Below are positions 20,740-31,481 of a stretch of 64,000 bases of DNA, piece by piece (within the stretch, counting starts at the first letter, position 1; every line of letters begins with the position of its first letter). The notes under the pieces were generated by a model. The model was given only the letters and a program-made list of their open reading frames with translations, was not told where the DNA came from and did no database searches. Source of the stretch: a phage; assembly GCA_016390365.1 (NCBI GenBank), contig GCA_016390365.1_3043.1; one strand, 5' to 3'. The translations under genes and the position numbers were made by a program.

Positions 20740-20812
20740 ATCTCACTGACCAGCTATGAGGTCATACATCGTCATAGCACCAACTGTTAATTAAATTAAA
20801 AAGGAAATAAAA
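20740..20812 (+). promoter_or_regulatory. gene 32 mRNA leader / putative translational operator
   Basis: AU-rich unstructured tract TTAATTAAATTAAAAAGGAAATAAAA directly before ATG, preceded by a GC-containing structured segment; resembles the known gp32 autoregulatory site. Confidence 0.5.
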
Positions 20813-21721
20813 ATGTTTAAACGTAAATCTACTGCTGAACTCGCTGCACAAATGGCTAAACTGGCTGGAAATAAAGGTGGTTTTTCTTCTGAAGATAAAG
20901 GCGAGTGGAAACTGAAACTCGACAATGCGGGTAACGGTCAAGCAGTAATTCGTTTTCTTCCGTCTAAAAATGATGAACAAGCACCATTCGCAATTCTTGT
21001 AAATCACGGTTTCAAGAAAAATGGTAAATGGTATATTGAAAACTGTTCATCTACCCACGGTGATTACGATTCTTGCCCAGTATGTCAGTATATCAGTAAA
21101 AATGATTTGTACAACACTGACAATAAAGAGTACGGTCTTGTTAAACGTAAAACTTCTTACTGGGCTAACATTCTTGTTGTAAAAGACCCAGCTGCTCCAG
21201 AAAACGAAGGTAAAGTATTTAAATATCGTTTCGGTAAGAAAATCTGGGATAAAATCAATGCAATGATTGCGGTTGATGTTGAAATGGGTGAAACTCCGGT
21301 TGATGTAACTTGCCCGTGGGAAGGTGCTAACTTTGTACTGAAAGTTAAACAAGTTTCTGGTTTTAGTAACTACGACGAATCTAAATTCCTGAATCAATCT
21401 GCGATTCCAAACATTGACGATGAATCTTTCCAGAAAGAACTGTTCGAACAAATGGTTGACCTTTCTGAAATGACTTCTAAAGATAAATTCAAATCATTTG
21501 AAGAACTGAGCACTAAGTTCAGTCAAGTTATGGGAACTGCTGCAATGGGTGGTGCCGCTGCAACTGCCGCTAAGAAAGCTGATAAAGTTGCTGATGATTT
21601 GGATGCATTCAATGTTGATGACTTCAAAACAAAAACTGAAGATGATTTTATGAGCTCAAGCTCTGGCAGTTCATCTAGTGCTGATGACACGGACCTGGAT
21701 GACCTTTTGAATGACCTTTAA
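20813..21721 (+). CDS. 32: single-stranded DNA-binding protein gp32
   Basis: 302-aa ORF; sequence matches T4 gp32 including the acidic C-terminal tail; AU-rich leader upstream. Confidence 0.97.
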   Translation: MFKRKSTAELAAQMAKLAGNKGGFSSEDKGEWKLKLDNAGNGQAVIRFLPSKNDEQAPFAILVNHGFKKNGKWYIENCSSTHGDYDSCPVCQYISKNDLYNTDNKEYGLVKRKTSYWANILVVKDPAAPENEGKVFKYRFGKKIWDKINAMIAVDVEMGETPVDVTCPWEGANFVLKVKQVSGFSNYDESKFLNQSAIPNIDDESFQKELFEQMVDLSEMTSKDKFKSFEELSTKFSQVMGTAAMGGAAATAAKKADKVADDLDAFNVDDFKTKTEDDFMSSSSGSSSSADDTDLDDLLNDL

Positions 21722-21743
21722 CAGATTATATTACTAATTAATT

Positions 21744-21770
21744 GGGGACCCTAGAGGTCCCTTTTTTATT
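21744..21770 (+). terminator. rho-independent terminator after gene 32
   Basis: GGGGACCCTAGAGGTCCC followed by TTTTTTATTT. Confidence 0.75.
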
Positions 21771-21791
21771 TCAAAATTTTTTCACAAAATG

Positions 21792-21821
21792 GTTTACATC
21801 CCTGTTCTTCTATGGTACTAT
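21792..21821 (+). promoter_or_regulatory. T4 early-type promoter
   Basis: GTTTAC at 21792 and TACTAT at 21816. Confidence 0.55.
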
Positions 21822-21865
21822 ACAACTATCGGCAATACTGCTGACGATTAAAGAGGAAAACAATA

Positions 21866-22095
21866 TGGCTAAAGTTGATATTGACATCGTTGATTTTGAA
21901 TATATTGAAGAAATTATTCGTAATCGTTATCCTGAACTTAGTATCACAAGTATTCACGATGATCCCAATTATTGCAATTTTTCTATTGTCATTGAAGGTC
22001 CTCTTGAAGACCTCACCCGCTTTATGGCTAATGAATATTGTGATGGTATGGATTCTGAAGACGCAGAATTTTACATGGGATTGATTGAACAATAA
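21866..22095 (+). CDS. hypothetical acidic protein (frd.3-like position)
   Basis: ATG 21866 with RBS AAGAGGAAAACAA and early promoter upstream. Confidence 0.5.
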
Positions 22096-22100
22096 TTATC

Positions 22101-22122
22101 AAGGGGCTATTACAAGCCCCGT
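22101..22122 (+). terminator. candidate terminator hairpin
   Basis: GGGGCTATTACAAGCCCC followed by GTTAAAAT; weak U-tract. Confidence 0.4.
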
Positions 22123-22140
22123 TAAAATGAGGAAAACGTA

Positions 22141-22506
22141 ATGTATATTGGCAAAAAGTATGAGCTTGTTCCAAGACTTATTGATACATTTATTAATTAT
22201 CGCCCACGTTCTAATTCATCGATAGTTAAAATTATTCAAGAAAATGGTGGATGGTTTGAAGTTAAAGAAGCTTTCTTTGTTGATGGATTTAGAGTAATAA
22301 AACACATTGAATGCGCAAATGGAAAGCATTTTTACTTTAACGTTTGTGAAGAAGAGTTTTATTGTTTCCGCGAATATAAAGAACCGACTTCTGAAGAGGA
22401 TGAAGTCAAAGACAAGGTTTCTGGCGTAACAAAAATTCACTGCATTGTTGACGAAAACAATGTAGATGAAATCATTGAACTTTTGCGAAAAACTTTCAAA
22501 AAGTAG
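22141..22506 (+). CDS. hypothetical protein
   Basis: 121-aa ORF with RBS GAGGAAAACG. Confidence 0.5.
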   Translation: MYIGKKYELVPRLIDTFINYRPRSNSSIVKIIQENGGWFEVKEAFFVDGFRVIKHIECANGKHFYFNVCEEEFYCFREYKEPTSEEDEVKDKVSGVTKIHCIVDENNVDEIIELLRKTFKK

Positions 22507-22535
22507 TTTACAAAAGGGTAGTAGTGTGATACTAT
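22506..22535 (+). promoter_or_regulatory. T4 early-type promoter
   Basis: GTTTAC at 22506 and TACTAT at 22530. Confidence 0.55.
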
Positions 22536-22644
22536 TACCCTATCAAAACTAATGGAGAAAAGAAAATGTTCGCACCTTATATTATGGCAGCAGTTATGTT
22601 GGTCTGTTTATATCTTTTGATTAAAGCTTGCTAAGGAGAATAAA

Positions 22645-22887
22645 ATGAGATTACAACGTCAGAGTATCAAAGATTCAGAAGTTAGAGGTAAATGGTATTT
22701 TAATATCATCGGTAAAGATTCTGAACTTGTTGAAAAAGCTGAACACCTTTTACGTGGCATGGGATGGGAAGATGAATGTGATGGGTGTCAGCTTTATGAA
22801 GACGGTGAAAGCGCAGGATTTTGGATTTATCACTCTGACGTCGATCAGTTTAAAGCTGATTGGAAAATTGTGAAAAAGTCTATTTGA
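22645..22887 (+). CDS. hypothetical protein
   Basis: 80-aa ORF with RBS AAGGAGAATAAA. Confidence 0.5.
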   Translation: MRLQRQSIKDSEVRGKWYFNIIGKDSELVEKAEHLLRGMGWEDECDGCQLYEDGESAGFWIYHSDVDQFKADWKIVKKSI

Positions 22888-22897
22888 GGAAAATATT

Positions 22898-23230
22898 ATG
22901 TCTGACATTCATGTAATTGGAATTTCACAAGTAAATATTCGCTGCCAATTTAAAACTGTACCCGGGGTGACTCATATTACTTTATCACACGACCCATATT
23001 CTCGTGGAAGACAGTTAACTGGTGTAATTAAGTTTTTCGGTGGAATTGGTGGTAATGAATTTACTGTAGGCGATGAAGAAATTGTTGGCTGTAAATTAAA
23101 AGTTCAGAAGGGCGTGTTAGAACTTTTTAGTGATGAAGTTTTTGATGAAATCTCACGAGCAGTTAACAAAGGAATGTTAACGTTAATTAAAATGATTAAA
23201 GCTAGCGGATATGTTCCTGATCCTTTTTAA
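22898..23230 (+). CDS. hypothetical protein
   Basis: 110-aa ORF with RBS GAGGAAAATATT. Confidence 0.5.
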   Translation: MSDIHVIGISQVNIRCQFKTVPGVTHITLSHDPYSRGRQLTGVIKFFGGIGGNEFTVGDEEIVGCKLKVQKGVLELFSDEVFDEISRAVNKGMLTLIKMIKASGYVPDPF

Positions 23231-23241
23231 TAGGAGATAAT

Positions 23242-24068
<827 letters not shown>

Positions 24069-24088
24069 AATAATACGTGGCGGAAAAT

Positions 24089-24436
24089 ATGAATTTTAAT
24101 TATTACCCTATTCTATTAGAAGAAGACGCGAAACAGCCAAAGTGGCAGGGTCCTCAGTTTATTAAAGGTGTCTATCAATTAGTAGTTCCTAAAGACAAGA
24201 TTTATAGCAGTTGTTTCACTGAATCCGCTTGCAGTATTTTCGGTAATAGTTCTCCGTATTGGAATTTTGACATAAAGCTGAATAGAAATATCGATATTTG
24301 GTTGAAAGCTATGGATATTGGTAATATCACGTTTGATGAGAATAATTATCATATTATTGGTCGCTTTTCCAAACGCGGTAAAGAATTATATTTCACGCCT
24401 GAAATTGAGAGAAAATTTGATGCTAAACCGTATTGA
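24089..24436 (+). CDS. hypothetical protein between frd and td
   Basis: 115 aa from ATG 24089 (track ORF begins at GTG 24077); no motif recognised. Confidence 0.5.
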   Translation: MNFNYYPILLEEDAKQPKWQGPQFIKGVYQLVVPKDKIYSSCFTESACSIFGNSSPYWNFDIKLNRNIDIWLKAMDIGNITFDENNYHIIGRFSKRGKELYFTPEIERKFDAKPY

Positions 24437-24481
24437 TTATTTAGCTTCATAAAATGTATTATAATTTATATAAGGTACTAA

Positions 24482-25030
24482 ATGAAACAATACCAATTTT
24501 TAATTAAAGATATCCTGGAAAATGGCTACAAAACCGATGACCGAACAGGCACAGGAACAATTGCTTTGTTCGGTACTAAATTACGCTGGGATTTAACTAA
24601 AGGTTTTCCTGCAGTAACAACTAAGAAGCTCGCCTGGAAAGCTTGCATTGCTGAGCTAATATGGTTTTTATCGGGAAGCACAAATGTCAATGATTTGCGA
24701 TTAATTCAACATGATTCGTTAATCCAAGGCAAAACAGTTTGGGATGAAAATTACGAAAATCAAGCAAAAGATTTAGGATACCATAGCGGTGAACTTGGTC
24801 CAATTTATGGAAAACAGTGGCGTGATTTTGGTGGTGTAGACCAAATTATAGAAGTTATTGATCGTATTAAAAAACTGCCAAATGATAGGCGTCAAATTGT
24901 TTCTGCATGGAATCCAGCTGAACTTAAATATATGGCATTACCGCCTTGTCATATGTTCTATCAATTTAATGTTCGTAATGGATACCTTGACCTTCAGTGG
25001 TATCAACGTTCGGTAGATGTTTTCTTGGGT
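24482..25030 (+). CDS. td: thymidylate synthase, exon 1
   Basis: 183 codons of TS ending ..QRSVDVFLG; intron follows after the terminal U; the in-frame stop at 25031-25033 is the intron's first codon. Confidence 0.93.
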
Positions 25031-26045
25031 TAATTGAGGCCTGAGTATAAGGTGACTTATACTTGTAATCTATCTAAACGGGGAAACTCTCTAGTAGACA
25101 ATCCCGTGCTAAATTGTAGGACTGCCCTTAATAAATACTTCTATATTCAAAGAGGTATTTATGAAAAGCGGAATTTATCAGATTAAAAATACTTTAAACA
25201 ATAAAGTATATGTAGGAAGTGCTAAAGATTTTGAAAAGAGATGGAAGAGGCATTTTAAAGATTTAGAAAAAGGATGCCATTCTTCTATAAAACTTCAGAG
25301 GTCTTTTAACAAACATGGTAATGTGTTTGAATGTTCTATTTTGGAAGAAATTCCATATGAGAAAGATTTGATTATTGAACGAGAAAATTTTTGGATTAAA
25401 GAGCTTAATTCTAAAATTAATGGATACAATATTGCTGATGCAACGTTTGGTGATACATGTTCTACGCATCCATTAAAAGAAGAAATTATTAAGAAACGTT
25501 CTGAAACTGTTAAAGCTAAGATGCTTAAACTTGGACCTGATGGTCGGAAAGCTCTTTACAGTAAACCCGGAAGTAAAAATGGGCGTTGGAATCCAGAAAC
25601 CCATAAGTTTTGTAAGTGCGGTGTTCGCATACAAACTTCTGTTTATACTTGTAGTAAATGCAGAAATCGTTCAGGTGAAAATAATTCATTCTTTAATCAT
25701 AAGCATTCAGACATAACTAAATCTAAAATATCAGAAAAGATGAAAGGTAAAAAGCCTAGTAATATTAAAAAGATTTCATGTGATGGGGTTATTTTTGAAT
25801 GTGCAGCAGATGCAGCTAGACATTTTAAAATTTCGTCTGGATTAGTTACTTATCGTGTAAAATCTGATAAATGGAATTGGTTCTACATAAATGCCTAACG
25901 ACTATCCCTTTGGGGAGTAGGGTCAAGTGACTCGAAACGATAGACAACTTGCTTTAACAAGTTGGAGATATAGTCTGCTCTGCATGGTGACATGTAGCTG
26001 GATATAATTCCGGGGTAAGATTAACGACCTTATCTGAACATAATG
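25031..26045 (+). mobile_element. group I self-splicing intron in td, carrying the I-TevI gene
   Basis: 5' intron sequence TAATTGAGGCCTGAGTATAAGGTGACTTATACTTGTAATCTATCTAAACGGGG matches the T4 td intron from memory; ends ..CTGAACATAATG with terminal G; rejoined exons give a 286-aa TS. Confidence 0.88.
25161..25898 (+). CDS. GIY-YIG homing endonuclease I-TevI (intron-encoded)
   Basis: 245-aa ORF inside td intron; sequence matches I-TevI (MKSGIYQIKNTLNNKVYVGSAKDFEKRWKRHF...). Confidence 0.95.
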   Translation: MKSGIYQIKNTLNNKVYVGSAKDFEKRWKRHFKDLEKGCHSSIKLQRSFNKHGNVFECSILEEIPYEKDLIIERENFWIKELNSKINGYNIADATFGDTCSTHPLKEEIIKKRSETVKAKMLKLGPDGRKALYSKPGSKNGRWNPETHKFCKCGVRIQTSVYTCSKCRNRSGENNSFFNHKHSDITKSKISEKMKGKKPSNIKKISCDGVIFECAADAARHFKISSGLVTYRVKSDKWNWFYINA

Positions 26046-26357
26046 CTACCGTTTAATATTGCATCATATGCTACGTTAGTTCATATTGTAGCTAAGATGT
26101 GTAATCTTATTCCGGGAGATTTGATATTTTCCGGTGGTAATACTCATATCTATATGAATCACGTAGAACAATGTAAAGAAATTTTGCGTCGTGAACCTAT
26201 GGATTTATGCGAATTACAATTAAAATTTCCAGATGAATTTGATGAATGGGACACAGAATCGCAGGTATTTTGGTTGAGTCAATTCGCAAAGCCGCATAAT
26301 TTTGTTCTTAACAACTATGAATCACACCCTCCTATTAAAGGAAAGATGGCGGTGTAA
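26046..26357 (+). CDS. td: thymidylate synthase, exon 2
   Basis: 103 codons in frame with exon 1 after intron removal ([21 protein letters not shown]...). Confidence 0.9.
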   Translation, partial: LPFNIASYATLVHIVAKMCNLIPGDLIFSGGNTHIYMNHVEQCKEILRREPMDLCELQLKFPDEFDEWDTESQVFWLSQFAKPHNFVLNNYESHPPIKGKMAV

Positions 26358-26377
26358 TTTTATTATTGCGAGGATAT

Positions 26378-26623
26378 ATGATTTTACGATTTAAAGATAC
26401 TTCTGGCGTTGTTCTTTTTACACTTCCTAACCCAAGCGAGTTAGAAGTTCCAGGACCAGAACAGCCTATTATCATTTATGGTAAAAAATACTATACTCAT
26501 AAAATGACTCGTGAGTATTTTGATAATAAAATTTCCACAGTTAAAACTTCTTCTGACTGTTACTATGATATTACTGTATTAACGGAAAAACAATATGACG
26601 AATGTAGAACTTTAGCAGTATAA
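26378..26623 (+). CDS. hypothetical protein (nrdA.1-like position)
   Basis: 81 aa from ATG 26378 with RBS GCGAGGATAT; track ORF begins at TTG 26366. Confidence 0.45.
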   Translation: MILRFKDTSGVVLFTLPNPSELEVPGPEQPIIIYGKKYYTHKMTREYFDNKISTVKTSSDCYYDITVLTEKQYDECRTLAV

Positions 26624-27343
26624 ATATGATTCCCAGCAATCTAGAGCGCATCTTTTAGATATAAGTTTTCTGCTTATTCCGGTTTGACGCACAGCTTCTG
26701 CTATTGTTGGATATTCTACCCCATCTATACTTACTCTTAGATGGGGTTTCTTTTTACCTCTCTGTGAGTCAGAAATTCGTTTTCTAACTTCATTGGTATG
26801 CGTCTGTCCGTAATATGGATTATTGATGCCTTTCATATTAAGTGCAGCGTTTCTTTCTTGGAACTTTTTGCTTATTTCTATAGCACGATCTAACCCATAG
26901 TGTTCTTCTATAGTTTTACCTTTGATGTCTCTAGGTCTACCATGTTTTTGCTTAAGTTCTTCTGGTGATAATTTTGAATTATTATTTTTAATTGCATTTG
27001 AAATTTTATTAAGGATTTCTTGCTTTCTTGGGTGATGAGATAAGGTATCCCCAAACGATGCGTCTGCTATATTATACCCATTTTCCTTTGAGTCATATTC
27101 ATGCATCCAATAATTTTCACGTTCAATAATGATAGATTTTTCGTATGGAAGTTCTTCTATGATTTTACATACGAAAGCATCTTTACCATGCTTATTATAA
27201 GAACGCTGCAGCTTTATTGAATGATGATTTCCATTATCTAAATCTTTAAAGTGTCGTTTCCATCGTTCTTCAAAATTAATTGCACTTCCTATATAGTGCT
27301 TATTAGTTTTAGTGTTTATAATAGCATATATTCCAGATTTCAT
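26612..27343 (-). CDS. free-standing GIY-YIG homing endonuclease (I-TevI paralog)
   Basis: 243-aa ORF; N-terminal about 100 aa closely parallels I-TevI catalytic domain (GIY..YIG, ERWKRHF, IERENYW, NGYNIAD); SD AGGAG and late promoter upstream on minus strand. Confidence 0.8.
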   Translation of the reverse strand: MKSGIYAIINTKTNKHYIGSAINFEERWKRHFKDLDNGNHHSIKLQRSYNKHGKDAFVCKIIEELPYEKSIIIERENYWMHEYDSKENGYNIADASFGDTLSHHPRKQEILNKISNAIKNNNSKLSPEELKQKHGRPRDIKGKTIEEHYGLDRAIEISKKFQERNAALNMKGINNPYYGQTHTNEVRKRISDSQRGKKKPHLRVSIDGVEYPTIAEAVRQTGISRKLISKRCALDCWESYLYC

Positions 27344-27365
27344 TATATTCTCCTATATAAAATTA

Positions 27366-27373
27366 TATTTATA
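27366..27373 (-). promoter_or_regulatory. late promoter (TATAAATA) for free-standing GIY-YIG endonuclease gene
   Basis: TATTTATA on plus strand, 22 nt upstream of the ATG, with SD AGGAG in between. Confidence 0.6.
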
Positions 27374-27398
27374 TGGGGTAACTTACTACAGAGGACTT

Positions 27399-29663
27399 AT
27401 GCAATTAATTAATGTTATCAAAAGTAGTGGTGTTTCTCAGAGCTTTGACCCGCAAAAAATTATTAAAGTTTTATCTTGGGCAGCTGAGGGAACATCAGTA
27501 GATCCTTATGAATTATATGAAAATATTAAATCATATCTCCGTGATGGAATGACAACTGATGACATTCAGACTATTGTCATTAAGGCTGCTGCGAATTCTA
27601 TTTCGGTTGAAGAACCTGATTATCAATATGTAGCTGCACGTTGTTTAATGTTTGCTCTTCGTAAGCATGTTTATGGGCAGTATGAACCACGTTCATTTAT
27701 TGACCATATTTCTTACTGTGTAAATGAAGGTAAATATGACCCCGAATTATTGTCAAAATATTCAGCAGAAGAAATTACATTTTTAGAATCAAAAATTAAG
27801 CACGAACGGGATATGGAATTTACTTATTCCGGGGCGATGCAATTAAAAGAAAAATATCTAGTTAAAGATAAAACCACTGGTCAAATTTATGAAACTCCAC
27901 AGTTTGCATTTATGACTATTGGAATGGCATTGCATCAAGATGAACCTGTTGATAGATTAAAACATGTTATTCGTTTTTATGAAGCAGTATCTACTCGACA
28001 GATTTCACTGCCAACTCCTATTATGGCTGGTTGCCGTACTCCGACTCGACAGTTCAGTTCATGCGTTGTTATTGAGGCAGGAGATTCATTGAAGTCTATC
28101 AATAAGGCTTCCGCTTCGATTGTTGAATATATCTCTAAACGCGCTGGAATTGGTATTAACGTTGGTATGATTCGTGCCGAAGGTTCTAAGATTGGCATGG
28201 GTGAAGTACGCCATACTGGTGTTATTCCTTTTTGGAAACATTTTCAGACTGCTGTTAAATCATGTTCACAGGGTGGAATTCGTGGCGGCGCTGCTACTGC
28301 TTATTATCCTATTTGGCATTTGGAAGTTGAAAATCTTCTCGTTTTGAAAAATAACAAAGGCGTAGAAGAAAACCGTATCCGTCATATGGATTATGGCGTT
28401 CAACTGAATGACCTAATGATGGAACGATTCGGAAAGAATGATTACATTACTTTGTTCAGTCCGCATGAAATGGGTGGCGAACTTTATTATTCTTATTTTA
28501 AAGACCAAGACCGTTTCAGTGAATTATACGAAGCAGCAGAAAAAGACCCTAATATTCGTAAAAAGCGTATTAAAGCCCGTGAACTATTTGAATTGCTCAT
28601 GACTGAACGTTCAGGAACAGCAAGGATTTATGTACAGTTCATTGATAATACGAATAACTATACTCCGTTTATTCGTGAAAAGGCACCTATTCGTCAGAGT
28701 AACTTGTGCTGTGAAATTGCTATTCCAACAAATGACGTGAATAGTCCTGATGCTGAAATTGGATTGTGTACTCTCTCTGCGTTCGTACTAGATAATTTTG
28801 ACTGGCAAGACCAAGATAAAATTAATGAATTGGCAGAAGTTCAAGTTCGTGCTCTTGATAATCTTTTGGATTACCAAGGATATCCAGTTCCTGAAGCAGA
28901 AAAAGCTAAAAAGCGTCGTAACCTCGGTGTAGGTGTTACTAACTATGCAGCTTGGCTGGCAAGTAACTTTGCTTCTTATGAAGATGCTAACGATTTAACA
29001 CATGAACTATTTGAGAGATTACAGTATGGACTCATTAAAGCATCCATTAAGCTCGCCAAAGAAAAAGGACCTTGCGAATATTATTCAGACACTCGTTGGT
29101 CTCGAGGCGAATTACCTATCGACTGGTACAATAAAAAGATTGACCAAATCGCTGCGCCTAACTACGTGTGTGATTGGGACGAACTTCGATCTGAACTCAA
29201 ACAGCATGGAATTCGAAATTCTACTTTATCCGCGTTGATGCCATGTGAGTCATCTTCCCAAGTTTCTAACAGTACAAACGGTATCGAGCCTCCACGTGGA
29301 CCAGTCTCTGTTAAAGAATCAAAAGAGGGCTCCTTTAATCAAGTCGTGCCCAATATTGAGCATAACATAGACCTTTACGATTATACATGGAAATTAGCTA
29401 AGAAAGGTAATAAACCTTATCTTACGCAGGTAGCTATTATGCTGAAATGGGTTTGTCAATCAGCTTCGGCGAATACATACTATGACCCGCAGATTTTTCC
29501 AAAAGGAAAGGTTCCAATGTCATTAATGATTGATGATATGCTATACGGATGGTATTATGGCATTAAAAATTTCTATTATCATAATACCCGCGATGGTTCT
29601 GGTACTGATGATTATGAAATAGAAACTCCAAAAGCTGAAGATTGTTCATCCTGTAAATTATGA
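27399..29663 (+). CDS. nrdA: aerobic ribonucleotide reductase large subunit
   Basis: 754 aa from ATG 27399 (MQLINVIKSSGVSQSF...); matches T4 NrdA; track ORF is extended upstream to 27312. Confidence 0.97.
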   Translation: MQLINVIKSSGVSQSFDPQKIIKVLSWAAEGTSVDPYELYENIKSYLRDGMTTDDIQTIVIKAAANSISVEEPDYQYVAARCLMFALRKHVYGQYEPRSFIDHISYCVNEGKYDPELLSKYSAEEITFLESKIKHERDMEFTYSGAMQLKEKYLVKDKTTGQIYETPQFAFMTIGMALHQDEPVDRLKHVIRFYEAVSTRQISLPTPIMAGCRTPTRQFSSCVVIEAGDSLKSINKASASIVEYISKRAGIGINVGMIRAEGSKIGMGEVRHTGVIPFWKHFQTAVKSCSQGGIRGGAATAYYPIWHLEVENLLVLKNNKGVEENRIRHMDYGVQLNDLMMERFGKNDYITLFSPHEMGGELYYSYFKDQDRFSELYEAAEKDPNIRKKRIKARELFELLMTERSGTARIYVQFIDNTNNYTPFIREKAPIRQSNLCCEIAIPTNDVNSPDAEIGLCTLSAFVLDNFDWQDQDKINELAEVQVRALDNLLDYQGYPVPEAEKAKKRRNLGVGVTNYAAWLASNFASYEDANDLTHELFERLQYGLIKASIKLAKEKGPCEYYSDTRWSRGELPIDWYNKKIDQIAAPNYVCDWDELRSELKQHGIRNSTLSALMPCESSSQVSNSTNGIEPPRGPVSVKESKEGSFNQVVPNIEHNIDLYDYTWKLAKKGNKPYLTQVAIMLKWVCQSASANTYYDPQIFPKGKVPMSLMIDDMLYGWYYGIKNFYYHNTRDGSGTDDYEIETPKAEDCSSCKL

Positions 29664-29714
29664 TATAATTTGACTCATGGACGAGTCACTAACTATTAAC
29701 TAAGAGGAAAATTT

Positions 29715-30390
29715 ATGAGCACAGTTTTTAATACAAATCCAGTTGATGTTTTAAAAGAACCTATGTTTTTTGGTTCAGGTCTTGGTATTGCGCGTTATGA
29801 TATTCAACGGCATCGAGTATTTGAAGAACTTACTGAGAAGTCTTTATCATTTTTTTGGCGTCCTGAAGAAGTAAACTTAATGATGGATGCTGCACAGTTT
29901 AATAAGCTTCCTCAGTATCAGCAAAATATTTTTACTAACAACCTGAAGTATCAATCACTTTTGGATAGCATTCAGGGCCGTGCGCCGTCTGCTGTACTTA
30001 TGTCATTAATTTCAGACCCAAGCCTTGATACATGGGTTGCTACATGGACTTTTAGTGAAACTATTCACAGTCGTTCATATACTCATATCATGCGAAATCT
30101 TTATACTGATCCATCGAAGGTATTTGATGAGATTGTATTAGATGAAGCTATCATGAAACGTGCTGAATCTATCGGTCGCTATTATGATGATGTCTTGGTT
30201 AAAACCCGTGAATGGGAAAATGCTAAAGAATTTGTAGAACTAGCTAAAGAATCTCCTGATGCCGACTTTCGTTTAAACCGAGCTATTAAACAAGAAGCCG
30301 AAGCTAAACGTGCTTTAATGAAGTCTCTTTACCTCTGTTTACACGTTATTAATGCCTTAGAAGCTATTCGTTTTTATGTATCTTTTGCGT
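29715..30390 (+). CDS. nrdB: ribonucleotide reductase small subunit, exon 1
   Basis: 225 codons plus 1 nt of NrdB ending ..EAIRFYVSFA; exon ends on U at 30390; the in-frame stop belongs to the intron. Confidence 0.9.
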
Positions 30391-30500
30391 AAAATGCGCC
30401 TTTAAACGGTAACGTTTATCGAAAACTCCTTTAATTGCTGGAAAGTCCTTTATAGGAAAACTAGCAGCCAAGGTTTTGCTTGCACCTTTAATTAGTATAA

Positions 30501-30508
30501 TATAAATA
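30501..30508 (+). promoter_or_regulatory. late promoter (TATAAATA) inside nrdB intron for I-TevIII
   Basis: Exact TATAAATA 28 nt upstream of the endonuclease ORF. Confidence 0.6.
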
Positions 30509-30535
30509 TGATTATACTTTTAAGAGGATGCACAA

Positions 30536-31345
30536 TTGAACTATAGAAAAATTTGGATAGATGCTAACGGACCTATACCTAAAGATTCTGATGGAAGAAC
30601 ATACGAAATCCATCATAAAGACGGTAACCGTGAAAATAATGATTTAGATAATTTGATGTGCCTTTCTATACAGGAACATTATGATATACATTTAGCTCAA
30701 AAAGATTACCAGGCTTGTCATGCTATAAAGCTTAGAATGAAATATTCTCCTGAAGAAATTTCTGAATTAGCTTCTAAAGCCGCAAAATCTAGAGAAATCC
30801 AGATTTTTAATATCCCTGAAGTACGAGCTAAAAATATTGCCTCTATTAAATCTAAGATAGAAAATGGTACATTTCATCTTTTAGACGGTGAAATACAGCG
30901 TAAATCTAATTTAAATAGAGTTGCATTAGGTATACATAATTTTCAACAAGCTGAGCATATTGTAAAAGTTAAAGAACGCAATATTGCAGCTATAAAAGAA
31001 GGTACTCATGTATTTTGCGGTGGTAAAATGCAGTCAGAAACTCAATCAAAACGGGTAAATGACGGTTCACATCATTTCTTGTCAGAAGACCATAAGAAAA
31101 GAACATCAGCAAAAACATTAGAAATGGTTAAGAACGGGACCCATCCTGCACAAAAAGAAATCACATGTGATTTCTGCGGTCACATTGGTAAAGGTCCTGG
31201 ATTTTATCTAAAACATAATGACAGATGTAAATTAAATCCAAATAGAATTCAATTGAATTGTCCATATTGTGATAAGAAAGATTTATCACCATCAACATAT
31301 AAACGATGGCACGGCGACAATTGCAAAGCAAGGTTCAACGACTAG
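30536..31345 (+). CDS. HNH homing endonuclease I-TevIII (intron-encoded, full length)
   Basis: 269-aa ORF inside nrdB intron with zinc-finger-like Cys pairs; ORF as tracked begins at TTG 30536 with SD AAGAGGA 7 nt upstream; TATAAATA at 30501. Confidence 0.8.
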   Translation: MNYRKIWIDANGPIPKDSDGRTYEIHHKDGNRENNDLDNLMCLSIQEHYDIHLAQKDYQACHAIKLRMKYSPEEISELASKAAKSREIQIFNIPEVRAKNIASIKSKIENGTFHLLDGEIQRKSNLNRVALGIHNFQQAEHIVKVKERNIAAIKEGTHVFCGGKMQSETQSKRVNDGSHHFLSEDHKKRTSAKTLEMVKNGTHPAQKEITCDFCGHIGKGPGFYLKHNDRCKLNPNRIQLNCPYCDKKDLSPSTYKRWHGDNCKARFND

Positions 31346-31481
31346 TCTTCGGACGTAGGGTCAAGCGACTCGAAATGGGGAGAATCCCTCTGGGATTGTG
31401 ATATAGTCTGGTCTGCATAGTAATATGTAGCAGTTCATAAGAGAACGGGTTGAGAATTAGCGAGCTCAATCGAACATAACG

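Larger units (their letters stand above)
30391..31481 (+). mobile_element. group I self-splicing intron in nrdB, carrying an I-TevIII-like HNH endonuclease gene
   Basis: 1091-nt insertion splitting a conserved RNR motif; ends with G; exon 2 resumes in frame giving ..FYVSFA-C-TFNFHKNMEIMEGNAK..; boundaries inferred from frame logic. Confidence 0.75.

Noticed and set aside
27312-27398. Upstream extension of the nrdA ORF (track start 27312, 783 aa)
   Set aside because: The extension overlaps the divergent endonuclease gene and promoter and has no RBS; the ATG at 27399 gives the expected NrdA N-terminus MQLINVIKSSG
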